A DNA stretch of 64,000 bases, taken from positions 11,319,122 through 11,383,121 of the forward strand of contig NC_057750.1 in assembly GCF_004010195.1 (NCBI RefSeq). Direction: 5' to 3'. Positions 35,400 through 47,863 of the stretch are shown piece after piece (the stretch's first letter is position 1; every line of letters begins with the position of its first letter). The position numbers and the translations under genes were made by a program. The DNA comes from Chiloscyllium plagiosum. Lineage: Eukaryota. Below the pieces are notes generated by a model that ran no database searches, was not told the DNA's origin, and saw only the letters and a program-made list of their open reading frames with translations.

Positions 35400-36330
35400 T
35401 GGTTCAAATGGCGTCCTGTGTCAATGACCCAAAGCCTACTGCTTTCTGCCTCTGACACCAATAAAACTACAACTCCCGAAAGGCACGCGGAGTGCAGCAG
35501 CTTCGTGCGCAGGCGTTCTCGTCCGGAAGGGAGGTGAGGAGTTCTGGCTGCCCTGCCCCTGATCCACCCCCGTCGTGTTGCCCAGCAACTAGATCCGGGT
35601 CCACGGTCGGGAGTAGCTGACACTGTCCGGAGCGAGTGAAACTGACACAGCGAAAGGTTACAATGTAGCCGAGCGCGCTGACTGGACGCACAGGGTAAGT
35701 TACAAAGTGTCAACCTCATTACCTTTCTAAAGTGGATACTTTTTGTAGCAAGGGAAGAATTACTGCTCCTTGGGGTTTTTAAAAAAAAAACTTTATAGAG
35801 CAGTTACTTTGACTTGAAGTCCAATTTCCCCAAAGTGTGCTGGGATCCCCCGCGATCCTGATTTTTCTTTTTGAAAGACTGACAGGGAAAAAGAAAAGTG
35901 GAGACGGGGAAGGCGCGCGGGGGAGAGCGGGGGGAAGAAGGTAAGAGGCGGTGAGAATTGCGTGAGTACGACTTCGTAAATAGCGAGTGATTCATCGCTG
36001 AGCCTGGCAGGAGAGAGCGCCTTCGGGATCGTGACGAATACAGCAGACTCCGCGCCGACCTTGTCCCCTCCTCTCCAGTTTAACTCTACTGGGACCGTTC
36101 AGAAAGACAGACACACAAAGAGAGAGCGAAACATTCTGGGAGTGGGGTTAGAATTAAAGCAGTTTGAAAGTTTTGCATCCGCGCTGAAAGTTCCGGAGAT
36201 ACGGCGCCTCAGTGGACACAGAGCTCCGATTGCAGCGAGGTCGCCAGTGACCAAAGGGGGTCACAGTTGATTGGTTGTAAGAGACTATATGAGTGACGGC
36301 GACTGTCCAGCTTTCCGTGCTGTCTTGTGC
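35400..36330 (+). promoter_or_regulatory. CpG-island promoter and non-coding first exon(s) of SERTAD1-like gene
   Basis: YY1-like CAAATGGCG at 35405, ZNF143/THAP11 motif ACTACAACTCCC 35466-35477, ETS CCGGAAG at about 35523. Consensus donor CAGG|GTAAGT at 35694/35695 and a second donor AAG|GTAAGA at 35940/35941. Confidence 0.7.
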
Positions 36331-37545
36331 CTGTCAGTGGCGTGCTCCATATCCCCAATACCTCACATGAGTTTTTACGTATTGGTCTAGATTGGTCGAC
36401 TTCGAATCTACACTATCCAGCAATCTTAACCACCACCTCCCCAACTCTATCCCTTTCTCTCCCATTCCATTCTCTTGTGCCCTCTGCGCTCCGTTTCTGT
36501 TAATGTTCCCCTCACCTCCTTTCTATTATTGCTCCTTTGTATTGGTTATCCCCCCACCCCGACCCCCTTTCTCTATATGGTCTCGACTCTTTCTTAGCTT
36601 TTGTTTGCCTATTCAATTCAATCGAAGCTAAAGGATAAAAATGTCAATAAATAAATGGTTACTTAATTAAATATGAGAGGATTCCATAGACCAAGTTCAA
36701 GATTAGAAAGATGTGGCAAAGTGATCATGGCACTAAACTAGTAATGCTGACAGCCAAACTAATCTCTGGAATTACATTTCAAATACCACCACAACCACTA
36801 ATTCTTTGATTCCAAATCAGCTCTCCTTATCTGTCTGGCCTAGATGTGACTCCAGGTACAGCAATGTGATTGACTCTCAATTGACTTCTGAAGTGATCAG
36901 ACAAACTAATCAGTTCTACCAAATCACTTTTAAAAAAAAAAGATAAACTTGATGAATCACTTGGCATCAAACTGGGCAGCGGAAACTACAATGGCACCAC
37001 CAGCTAATTGGGAGAGCAGTCCCATAGGCAAGTAAATAACAGCCTGACACAGTCACACTCATCAAATCATACCTGACAATGTCCCAGACAGCACCACCAC
37101 CATTCCCAGAGTTGATGCCATAGTGATATACAGTTAGAAAGGAGATGTCCTGGGAGGTCTCAACATTGACTCCAGACCCCATGAAGTCCTAGTGTCATTA
37201 TGGCAAATTTAGGCAAGGAAACATCCTGCTGGCTACCCATTACTGCTCCCTTCCTCCACCTCATCTGATGAATCAGTTCTTCTCCCTGTTGAGCACCAAT
37301 TGCAAGAAGCATTGAGGTGAGATACTTCGGTCGCCATCTCCAGCAGTAGCTCAGTAGTACCACAGCCTGAGCTGACCCAGTCCTGAAGGACTTAGCTGCT
37401 AGTTAGGGTCTGCAGCAGGTGGCAATGGAACCAACAGAAGGGAAAAGCCTACTTTACCTCATCTTCACCAATCTACCTGTCACAGATGCATTTGTCCATG
37501 ACAGTATTCCCCTCCACAATGTTGTGTGGTACTATACCATGGGAT

Positions 37546-37835
37546 TTTAGATTAGAGTGGTGCTGGAAAAGCACAGCAGGTCAGGCAGCATCCGAGGAGC
37601 AGGAAAATCGACGTTTTGAGCAAAAGCCCTTCATCAGGAATAGAGGCAGGGTGCCTGCAGAGTGGAGAGATAAGTGGAGCCCTGGAGGCTCCCTGCCTCC
37701 ATTCCTGATGAAGGGCTTTTGCCCAAAATGTTGATTTTCCTGCTTCTCGGATGCTGCCTGACCTGATGTGCTTTTCCAACACCACTCTAATCTAAACTCT
37801 GGTTTCCAGCATCTGCAGTCCTCACTTTTGCCTAT
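37546..37835. mobile_element. Palindromic PLE-terminus element with two CpG-decayed hammerheads
   Basis: Inverted arms at about 37546-37652 and 37690-37795. The 11-bp TSD taccatgggat lies at 37535-37545 and 37836-37846. Confidence 0.88.
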
Positions 37836-38446
37836 TACCATGGGATACTGGTGGGACACTGGCTATGGTAAAGGCTGTGGGTGTTGTGCTTCAGAACTAG
37901 CTGCATCCCTAGCCAAGCTATTCCAATGCACATATAACATTGGCATGTATCCAAACATGTGAAAAACTCTCTAGGTATGTCCTGACCACAAAAAAAACAA
38001 GACCAATCCAACTCAGCCAATTACTGCCCAGTCAGTTTACTTTCAATCATCAGTAAAGCATTCAAAGAGGCCTTGACAGTGCAATCAAATGGCACTTGCT
38101 CACTGATGCCCAATTTGGTTCTGCCAGGGTGACTAAGTTCCTGACCCAATTGAAGCCGTGCTTGGTCCAAAACAAACAAAAGGGCTGAACTTGAGAGATG
38201 AGGTGAGGGTGAGTGCCCTTGATATCAAGCTGGGATTTGACCAAATGGAGCCTCAAGGAATCATAACAAAACGGTAGTCAAGAGAAATTAGGAGGAAATC
38301 TCTTCACTGGCTAGAGTTATGCTGTGGACAAAAGAAAATGGGTGTAGTGTTTGAGGTCACTCAACCCAGGACATTGCTGCAGGCATTCCTAATGATAGTG
38401 TTCTGGATCCATTCATCTTCAGTTGTTCAAAAATGTGGAAAATTGT

Positions 38447-38930
38447 CAGCACAGTGCTCAGTGGTGAGTTCGATTCCAGCCTCTGGTAACTGTCTATGTG
38501 GAGTTTGCACATATTCCCCAGGTCTGCATGGGTTTCCTTCAGGTGCTCTGGTTTCCTCCCATAGTCCAAAGGGGCCATGATATGGTTACAGTCCAGTAGG
38601 TTTATTTAAAATCACAAGCTTTCAGAGTGCTGCTCCTTCGTCACTTCACCTGATGAAGGAGTAGAACTCCAAAAACTTGTGATTTTAAATAAACCTGTTG
38701 GACTATAACTGGTGTTGTGAGACTTCTGACTTAGCCCAAAGATGTGCAGGTTAGCTGATTGGCCTTGCTAAAATTGTCCTAGTTTCCAGGGATGTGCATG
38801 CTAGGTAGATTGTCCATGGGAAATGCAGGTTTACAGGGATAGGGTGATGGGGTCTGGGTGGGATGCTCTTCAAAGGGTCAGTGTGGACTCGATGGGTCAA
38901 ATGGCCTACTTTCCCACTGCAGGGATTCTA
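38447..38930 (+). mobile_element. HE1-type V-SINE interrupted by a palindromic PLE end
   Basis: A/B boxes, V-domain and tail as at 18396. Confidence 0.8.
38572..38731. mobile_element. Palindromic PLE-terminus element (third family), two degenerate hammerheads
   Basis: CAC-CTGATGA-AGGAGT-AGA-ACTCC-AAAA-ACTT-GTG on plus, with an inverted copy. TSD tag(t/c)ccaaag at 38562-38571 and 38732-38741. Confidence 0.75.
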
Positions 38931-39214
38931 TGAATGAATGACCTTCCCTCCTTCATAAAATCAGAAGTGGGAATGTTTGTGATGATTGCACAACGTACAG
39001 CACCATTCATGACACTTCAGATACTGAAGCAGTCCACTTCATATGAAGTAAGTCCTAGGTGATATTTAAGTTTGGACTGGTAAATAGTAACATTTCTGCC
39101 AGTAAGTGCCAGGTATTGACTATCCCTGAACAATTGGAACATATGGGAGTGCGACTGTTGTGGTGGAGTTGTAGTGTCCCTATTTCTGAATTAGGAGACT
39201 CGGTGCCCAGAAGA

Positions 39215-39545
39215 ACTTGAGGAAATGCTGCACTGCTGAATGTTCCATCTTTTAGGTGAGTGAACAAACTTTGCCCCCATTTTTCATCTTCAGGAGTACA
39301 AAAGATCCTGTGACACTATTTTGAAGAAAATCGGGGCATTATTCCTGGCTTTCTGGTCACTATATATCTCTCAATTGACATCATACAAAAAGATTATCTA
39401 GAGTCTAGGAGCTTCTTGTGAGCAAATTTCCTGCCGTGTTTCCTAAATTGCTTTTTGAACTGCAGCTCCTGTTGTAATTCATTGACTTTAAAATGTTTTG
39501 AGACATCCAGTGGTCAGGAACTGTGCTATAGATATGCACCTTTTA
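39215..39545 (+). mobile_element. DeuSINE remnant
   Basis: aaaagatcctgtgacactattttgaagaa...agattatct...gctatagatatgca. Confidence 0.65.
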
Positions 39546-42500
39546 TCTGCCTTGCATTTTCTCTTGATCTTTTATGAAGAGAGAGCAAAGCAGCCAATCC
39601 TTCCTCATATACCATTCCCTTAACAACCACCTGCAGTCGTAGAGTGCCAATAAAAATATCCCCAGGTGCTTCACAAAATGTAGCCAAGAATATACTAACA
39701 ATGAGCTATACCAGAAATATTAGGACAGGTGATCAAAAAGATGCTCAAAGAGAGTTTTTTAAGGAAAATCTTTAAGAAGGACAGAGGACATTAGGAAGGG
39801 AATTCCAGAGTTAGGCTGATGAGGGCTCTTGGTTTAACTATGTAATTTTCCTTTTTTTTTTGTCAAGGAGTGGAGTGAATCAGTACTGACTCATGTGTAG
39901 GCTCCTCTCCTCCCCTTTACACTCCCACTGATCCCTTCAAACTCCTCCAGGTAGAAATGTTAGTTATCCCATTAACACCTTGCATCCCCGAACCTTCTGT
40001 AATCTGCAATTCCTGTCCTTATAATTAAGCACTGCACAATAGCTTGTGACAAAGGTTAATATATGTGGATAATATGTATACTTTCCTAGCTACCGTCAGT
40101 TCTGAGGAAGGGTCACAGTCCGGAACGTAAACTTTGATTTCTCTACACAGATGTTGCCAGACCTACTGAGCTTTTCCAGCAACTTCTGTTTGTGTCGTTA
40201 TTAATGTATGTGGAGTTGGCCAATAACTGAATGCATGGCAAACTGCCCAACAAAGAAAGCGAAAACTTGGACTTTGGAATGAGTAACTCAATAGTATATT
40301 TTGCAGATGATAACACATTTTAGAGGAGGTGGATGTGCAGCAAGCACAGAAAAAGAAGCAACAAAATATAAGACATTAGAAAGTTTGCGATTAACAATTT
40401 GTAAAGATGGGCTATGGCAGGAAATGCAGGAAATCACATGGCTTAGAAAATAAAGAACATAATAGAAATTGAAATAGATAGAAAAGCAGAGATCTAGGAA
40501 TATTGGAGAACTAAAAGCTGCACTGCAGATCATTAGAACAATGGAGTTATCGACGTAACATTTCTACAGATATACTGTATGAATCAGAAATAATGAAGTT
40601 ATGAAGAGTTATCTAGACTCGAAACATTAGCTTGCTTTCTCTCCACTAATTGTATAGTATCCTAGTCAAGTGCACTTAGCATACAATGCACAGTCCGATC
40701 TCCATAATTTAAAAAGGATACAGGAGCATAGATAAAAAGAACATGGAAGTATTTACAAGAATGGTACAAGAATTGAGAGATTACAACTATTTGCGAAGAT
40801 AAGCTATACATTAATTTTGGCTGAAGTGGTAAAGGCGAGTACAATTACAACATTCAAAAGCCATTTGGACAGTACATAGATAGGAAAGGTTTAGAGGGAT
40901 ATGGGCCAAATGCAGGCAAATAGGACTAGTTCAGTTTAGAAAACCTGGTTGACATGGATGAGTTGGGCTGAAGGGCCTGTTTCTGTGCTGTATGACTCCA
41001 TGAGTTATTGGAACAAATGCAGTGGAATTCTATGTGATTGCTAAGTATTGCTGGACTGAAGGGAAGAATCTACAAGGCAACTATGAGACCAGCCATGTTA
41101 TTAGATGCATAAACTTGGGCAAGATGAAGAAGAGAAACTGTGACTGGATATTGATGCTGAGATGTGGAATAATAGGAAGGAAAATCAGAAATCAGCACAT
41201 TAGGGGTCAGTGAAGATTGTGTTGAAGAAAGTAACTAAGAAGAGACAGAAGATGTCATGGTTATGGGTTAGGCTGGAAGTGTGATGAAATGAATGATTAA
41301 GATGGAACTCTTAGGAAGAAGGGTTGGCACAGTAGATGTAGATAGAATGCTTCCACTTGTGGGATAATTCAAAACTAGAGGCCATATGTGTAAGATAGTT
41401 ACTAGGAAATCTAGTAGTGATATAAACAGAAATGTCTTCACACACAAGGTGGGTAGAATATAGAATTAGTCATCACTGTAAGTGCTTGAGACAAATAGCT
41501 TAGATACTTTCAAAAGGAAACGAGAGGAGTATGTAAGAGAAAAAGGAATAGAAAGATTCCCTTAAGGGGTGAGGTGGAAGAAATGGAAAAAAAGGTATGT
41601 GTAGAGTAACTGGACTGACTGGCTTGTTCCTCTGATGTATGTACCATATAGTGTTGTCATATCTATTTCTGAGTTACAGATCTCTATATACTTTATTGAA
41701 ACAGGGAGACCAAAATTACACACAACTTCAGATGTGATTTCACCACATTTCAGTTTGAAATGAGCCACTGCAGATTCAGACTGAGTGCACAACATAAAAT
41801 TCACGTAGCTCTCTGCTCATGTTTTCCGTGAACTGGCGCCGCAGTCGATGAAAGCACCTTTCCTGCTGAGCTCCATTCTTGGTTCCAATCAGATTGAACG
41901 GCACATACCTGGTCATGGAAATCAAAGTAATGGGGTGATTGATCAGAGGAGACAGGTTTGCCATCCCATTCCCAACATGTTCCATATACAAGAAGGACGG
42001 GTTGCACCTGAACTGGAGGGGCACCAATATCCTGGGCTTGCTAGAGCTCTACAGAAAGGTTTAAACTAGTTTTTTAGGGGGGTGGGAACCGGAGCCACAG
42101 ATCTGAGGATGGAGTAGCTAGTGAACAGCCAGATACAACATGCAGAGAGTCTGCGAGGAGGAATAGACAGCTGATACGGCAAAGTTGCAGTCAGTAGGAT
42201 GGGTTGAAGTGTGTCTATTTTAACACCAGAAGTATCAGGAATAAGGGTGATGAACCTAGAGCATGGATCACTACTTGTAACTATGATGTTGTGGCCATTA
42301 CAGAGACTTGAATATCACAGGGGCAGGAATGGTTGTTGGATGTTCCAAGGTTTAGATAGATCAAAAGGAATAGTGGGGGGAAGTAAAAGAGGTGGGAGTG
42401 GCATTGCTTATCAGGGATAGTATCACAGCTACAGAAAGGGAAGTCATCAAGGAGGGTTTGACCACAGAGTCAGGATGGGTCGAAGTCAGAAACCGGAAAG

Positions 42501-42732
42501 AAGCAGTCACATCATTGGAGTTTTCTACAGAACCCCCACTAGCAACAGAGACACAGAGGAGCAGATTTTGGAAAGGTGCAGAAGTAACAGTTGTTGTTGT
42601 CATTGATGACTTTAATTTTCCTAATATTGGAACCTCTTTAGTTCAAATAGTTTGGATGGAGCAGTTTTTGTCAGGTGTGTTGAGGCAAGGATTCCTGACT
42701 CATTAAGATGGGCTGACTAGAGAGGAGACCAT

Positions 42733-44778
42733 TCACCCCCTCCGAATGAGTAGCGCTCCACTCTCTCCACACCAACCCCTAGTTCACCATCAAACCTGGT
42801 GACAAAGGCAGGGTAGTAACCTGGATAACGAACCTCCTTTATCGCAGAGCCCGAATGTCAACTTTCTGACACCACATCCTAAGTCCCCCTTGCCCATGAT
42901 CCCACCATGACCCATCATTGCTAAAATTCCTCACACTGTCTGTGACCTTATTGCCTCCAGTAATCTCCCCTCCACGGCCTCCAATCTCATAGTGCCCCAG
43001 ACCCGCACTGCCCGGTTCTATCTGCGCCCCAAGATTCACAAGCCCAACTACTCCAGCTGATCCATCATTTCGGCATGCTCCTGCCCCACCGAACTCACCT
43101 CGTCCTATCTCGCCTCCATCCTCTCCCCCTTGGTTCAGGCACTTCCCACCCACATCTGTAATACCAACCACAACCTCCACCTCTTCAGTAACTTCCAGTT
43201 CTCCGCTCCCCACCCCCCCAGTGCTTTAGCTTCACTATGGATGTGCAGTCCTTTTACACATTAATACCCAACAAAAATGGCCTCCAGGCCCTCAGCTTCT
43301 TCCTCTCCAACAGACCCATCCAGTCCCGCTCCACCAATGCCCTCGTCTGCCTTGCTGAATTGGTCCTCACCCTTAATAACTTTTCCTTTAACTCCCCCCA
43401 TTTCCTCCAAATTCAGGGGGTGACCATGGGCACTGAGATGGGTGCCACCTATGCTGGCCTCTTTGTGGATTAAGTCAGACAGTCCCTCTTCAGTACCTAC
43501 ACAGGCACTGTGCCTCAACTCTTCCGCCATTACATTGATGACTGCATCGGTGCAGCGTCCTGTACCCAGGTTGAACTTGAGCATTTCATCAACTTCGCCC
43601 ACCCTCAAATTCACTTGCTCCATCTCGGACACCTCCCTCCCCTTTCTTGATCTTTCCATTTCCATCTCTGGCGACAGTCACCAGATGGACATTTACTACA
43701 AACCCAAAGACTCTCATAACTACCTGGCCTACATCTCCTCCCACTCAGTATCCTGAAAGAACTCCATCCCGTTCTCCCAATTTCTCTGCCTCCGTCACAT
43801 CTGCTCAGACGAGGAGACATTCTACACCCAAGCATCCCAAATGTCCACCTATTTCAAACAATGTGCCTTTCCCACCTCTGTCATCCACACAGCACTCCAC
43901 TGCGCCACCTCCAGCCCCTGTTCCACCTGCTCTAAACCCCCCACAATACAATAAAGACAGAGTCCCTCTTGTCATTACCTAACACCCCATCAGCCTCTGT
44001 ATCCAACGCATAATCCTTAAACACTTCTGTCAACTCTAACAAGACCCCACCATCAAGAATATCTTTGCCTCCCCACCCCAATCTGCCTTCCTCAAGGACT
44101 GTTCCCTTTCCCCACCGACACCCCCAATCTGGTATACCATCCACCTCACCTCCATCCAGGGCCCCGAACAGTTCTTCCAGGTGAGACAGAGGTTCACATG
44201 CCTCTCTTCCAACCTAATTTACTGCAGCAGGTGCCCCTGATGTGGTCTTCTCAACATCGAGGAGATGAAATGTAAACTGAGGGAACGGTTCGCCGAGCAT
44301 CTCAGCCTGGCCTGCAGGGGCCGACCGAACCTCCCAGTCACCACCCATTTTAATTCCCCTTCCCACTCCCTTTCCAACATGACCATCCTAGGTCTCCTCC
44401 GTTGCCACAATGAACCAAACCGCAAATTGGAGGAACAACACCTCCTCTTGCGTCTGGGCAGCCTACAGCCCGGAAGACTCAACATTGAATTCTCCAATTT
44501 CAAATAACCTCCCTTCCCTTCCCCCAGCTCCCTTCCCAGCCCCCTCCTCCTACCTTCCTCTCCTCTCAGCCACCTACGAGATTCATTCCTCCCAATGACC
44601 AACCAGGTTGTACCCTCTACCTGTCTTCACCTATCCCCACCCTGCCCACCCCCTTTATCTGCAGCTCCCCTTACACCACCCCCAGTCCTGAAGAAGGGTT
44701 ACATCTGAAACATCGACTTCGACACCTCCTGATGCTGCCTGGCCTGCTGTGTTCTTCCAGCCTCCTGCTTGTCTACCT
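42733..44778 (+). mobile_element. Neptune-type PLE (RT plus GIY-YIG, disabled) nested in the CR1
   Basis: RTARFYL.PKIHKP, FTMDVQSFYT.IP, NNFSFN...GVTMGT, FRHYIDD, LPFLDLSI, IYC..CP.CGL..I.E, RERFAEH and EEQHL..RLGSLQP..LN. Terminal hammerhead. Confidence 0.9.
44684..44718 (+). ncRNA. Minimal type-I hammerhead ribozyme motif with paired stem I
   Basis: AGTC-CTGAAGA-A-GGGT-TAC-ATCT-GAAA-CATC-GACT. Stem I AGTC/GACT is fully complementary; stem II carries G-U wobbles consistent with C>T decay. Confidence 0.65.
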
Positions 44779-47700
44779 TGGCAACAAACCAGGCCAGATG
44801 TCTGATATCTCAGTGGGAGAGCATTTTGGTGACAGTGATCACAACTCCCTGACCTTTACTATAGTCATGGAAAGGGATAGGAGTAGATGGTATGGGACAA
44901 TATTTAATTGGGGAAGGGAGAGTTACAATGTTATTAGGCAGGAACTGGGGTGCCTAGATTGGGAACAGATGTTCTCAGGGAAATGCATGACTGAAATGTG
45001 GAGGTTGTTTAGGGATCACTTGCTGATAGTGCTGGATAGGTTTGTCCCACTGAGGCAAGGAAGGGATGGTATGGTGAAAGAACCTTGGGTGACAAGGGAT
45101 GTGGAACATCCAGTCAAGAGGAAGAAGGAAGCTTACTTAAAGTTGAGGAGACAATGATCTGACAGGGCTCTAGTGTGTTACAAGGCAGCCAGGAAGGAAT
45201 TGAAGAATGAACTTAGGAGTGCTAGAAAGGGGCATGAGAAAGCTTTAATGGGTAGGGTTAAGGAAAACCCTAAGGCATTCTAAACTTATGCGAAGACCAA
45301 GAGGATGGCCAGAGTGAGGGTAGGGCTGATCACAGTTAGTGGAGGAAACTTGTGCCTGGAGTCAGAGGAGGTAGGGGAGGTCCTTATTTAATGATTTGCT
45401 TCAGTATTTGATGTTTGTGAGGACAGTGTGAAACAGGCTTATATGACCGAACAGGTTGCTATTAAGAAGGAGGATGTGCTGACAATTTTGAAAAATGTAA
45501 GGATGAATATCCCTAGGCCAGATGGGGTACACCCTAGGTTACTACAGGAAGTAAGGGAAGAGATTGCTGGGCCTTTGACAATGATCTTTGCATTCTCACT
45601 GTCCACTGTAGTGGTGCCAGATGACTGAGGGTGGCAAATGTTATTCCCTTGTTCAAGAAAGGGAACAGGGATTATCCTGGGAATTATAGACCAGTCAGTA
45701 TGACGTCTATGATGGGCAAATTATTGGAGAGGATTCTGAGAGACCGGATTTATGATTACTTCAAAAAGCATAGCTTGATTAGAGATAGCCCGCATGACTT
45801 TCTAAGGGACAATCATGCTTCACAAACTTTATTGAATTCTTTGAGGATGTGACAAACACATTGATGAAGGTAGAGCAGTAGATGTGGTGTACATGGATTT
45901 TAGCAAGGGGTTTGATAAGGTTTCCCATGGTAGGCTCATTCAGAAAGTAAGGAGGCATGGGATACAGGGAAATTTGGCTGTGTGGATACAAAATTGGCTG
46001 GCGCATAGTAGGCAAAGGGTGGTGGTAGATGGAAAGTATTCAGCCTGGAGCTCAGTGACCAGTGGTGTTCTGCAGGGATCGGTTCTTTGTGACTTTTATA
46101 AATATCTTGGATGAGGAAGCGGAAGGGTGGGTTAGTAAGTTTGCCAATGACACAAAGGTTGGTGGAGAAGTGGATAGTGTGGAGGGCTGTTGTAGGTTGC
46201 AACGGGACATTGACAGGATGCAGAACATCAGTCCCCACTTACTCCAGGATGCAGAACTGGGCTGATAAGTGGCAGATGGAGTTCAACCTGGAAAAAGTGT
46301 GAAGTGATTCATTTTGGAAGGTCGAATTTGAATACTCAATACAGGGTTAAAGGCAGGATTTTTGGCAGTGCGGAGGAACAGAAAGATCTTGGGGTCCATG
46401 TCCATAGATCCCTCAAAGTTGCCACCCAAGTTGATAAAGTTGTTAAGAAGACATATGGTGTGTTGGCTTTCATTAGCGGGGGATCGAGTTAAGAGATGCA
46501 AGGTTATGCCACAGCTCTGTAGAGCCCTGGTTAGACCACACTTGGAATATTGTGTTCAATTCTGGTCACCTCATTATAGCAAAGATGTGGAAGCTTTAGA
46601 GAGGGTACAGAGGAGATTTACCAGGATACTGCCTGGACTGGAGGACATATCCTATGAAGAAAGGTTGAGGGAGCTAAGGCTTTTCTCATTTGAATGAAGA
46701 TGGATGAGAAGTGACTTGATAGAGGTGTACAAGATGATGAGAGGCATAGAGTGAATAGTCAGAATTTTATTCCCAGAACAGACATGGCTATCACAAGGGG
46801 GCATAATTTTAAGGTGATTGTGGGAAGGTTTAGGGGAGATGTCAGAAGTCCGTTCTTTCCACAGAGAGTGGTGGGTGCCTGGAATGCACTGCCAGCGGTG
46901 GTAGTGGTAGTAGTCAGATACATTAGGGACATTTAAGCGACTCTTGGATAGACACATGGATGATAAGAAAATGAAAGGTGTGTGGGTTAGTTTGACCTTG
47001 GAGTAGGATAAAGGGTCGGCACAACATGGAAGGCCGAAGGGCCTGTACTGTTCTATGTTCCGATTTTCAGCATTCCTATTATTTTTATTCCCTGGTCCTC
47101 TTGGATCAAGCGGAGGCCATTCAGCCCAAAGAACCTGTTCTGCCATTAAGATCGTGGCGGTTTCACATTCTATTCACCTACCTGTAATCCATGCCCTTTG
47201 ATACCCTCAACCCACAAAGATCTCTGTGTCTCAAACATGAACACTCGCTGCTGGGATGATTATTTGTTAATTATCCTCTTCTTTCATCGTGATGTGGATG
47301 AGTCAGCCATGACTCGCGTGTAGGCTGCTCGCTCAGCCCCCACTGGTCCGTAGTCTCCTCCAGTTCGAAATTTACATCTTTTCCGTTAACTCCTTGAGTT
47401 CCGCCTTGCTTCCTATAGCCCTCTAATTCCGATATGTTTTGAAATGTGTTCCTATTTGAGGCAGTGAGGGCCGCTTTTATTTCTCATCAGGTAGAGAGTG
47501 CCCCGAAGGCACAGATTCTGGAGTCACGACAGGGGAAAGGACCCTGAAAGCTTTCAAAACAAAATATGCCAAAATGCTAGATTTTATGAATTCACAAGCA
47601 GTTTGTGTGGGATTTGAATCTTTGACACCTCCAGGTTAATTGCTGGGAATGAACATGCTGGAGAGCAGGCTCTGATTGTAGCTAGCTGCCAGGTTACCGA

Positions 47701-47845
47701 CTCAGAAGAATGTGAGAGTTTGTAACTATCTCCTGTGCCGTTTGGTGAGTAGGAGGTACCCTCTCTGGAACAGTCAGTCAATGTGGGGCTGAACGGCAGT
47801 GGATAAGCTGCTGCCGGTTAGAGGGAGGGATCAGGCCGGGCTACC

Positions 47846-47863
47846 TTTCAGTTTCACTTCCTG
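47846..47863 (-). promoter_or_regulatory. Overlapping ETS-IRF composite and ISRE element
   Basis: The minus strand reads CAGGAAGTGAAACTGAAA (GGAAnnGAAA plus GAAAnnGAAA). An AP-1 site TGAGTCA is at about 47319 and a donor-like CAG|GTATGT at 47980/47981. Confidence 0.5.

Larger units (their letters stand above)
36950..39130 (+). mobile_element. Old CR1/L2-clade LINE ORF2 remnant with nested insertions
   Basis: ALDIK..FD.., G.P..SVL.P and DTSDTEAV remnants matching the 13770-14710 family. Confidence 0.6.
41880..47060 (+). mobile_element. Long degenerate CR1 LINE (end of ORF1 esterase, ORF2 APE plus RT, 3' tail), interrupted by a PLE
   Basis: YKKDGLHLNWRGTNILG (SGNH esterase, about 41985), YFNTRSIRNK...YDVVAITET (APE), [64 protein letters not shown]. 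Many stops and frameshifts. Confidence 0.92.
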
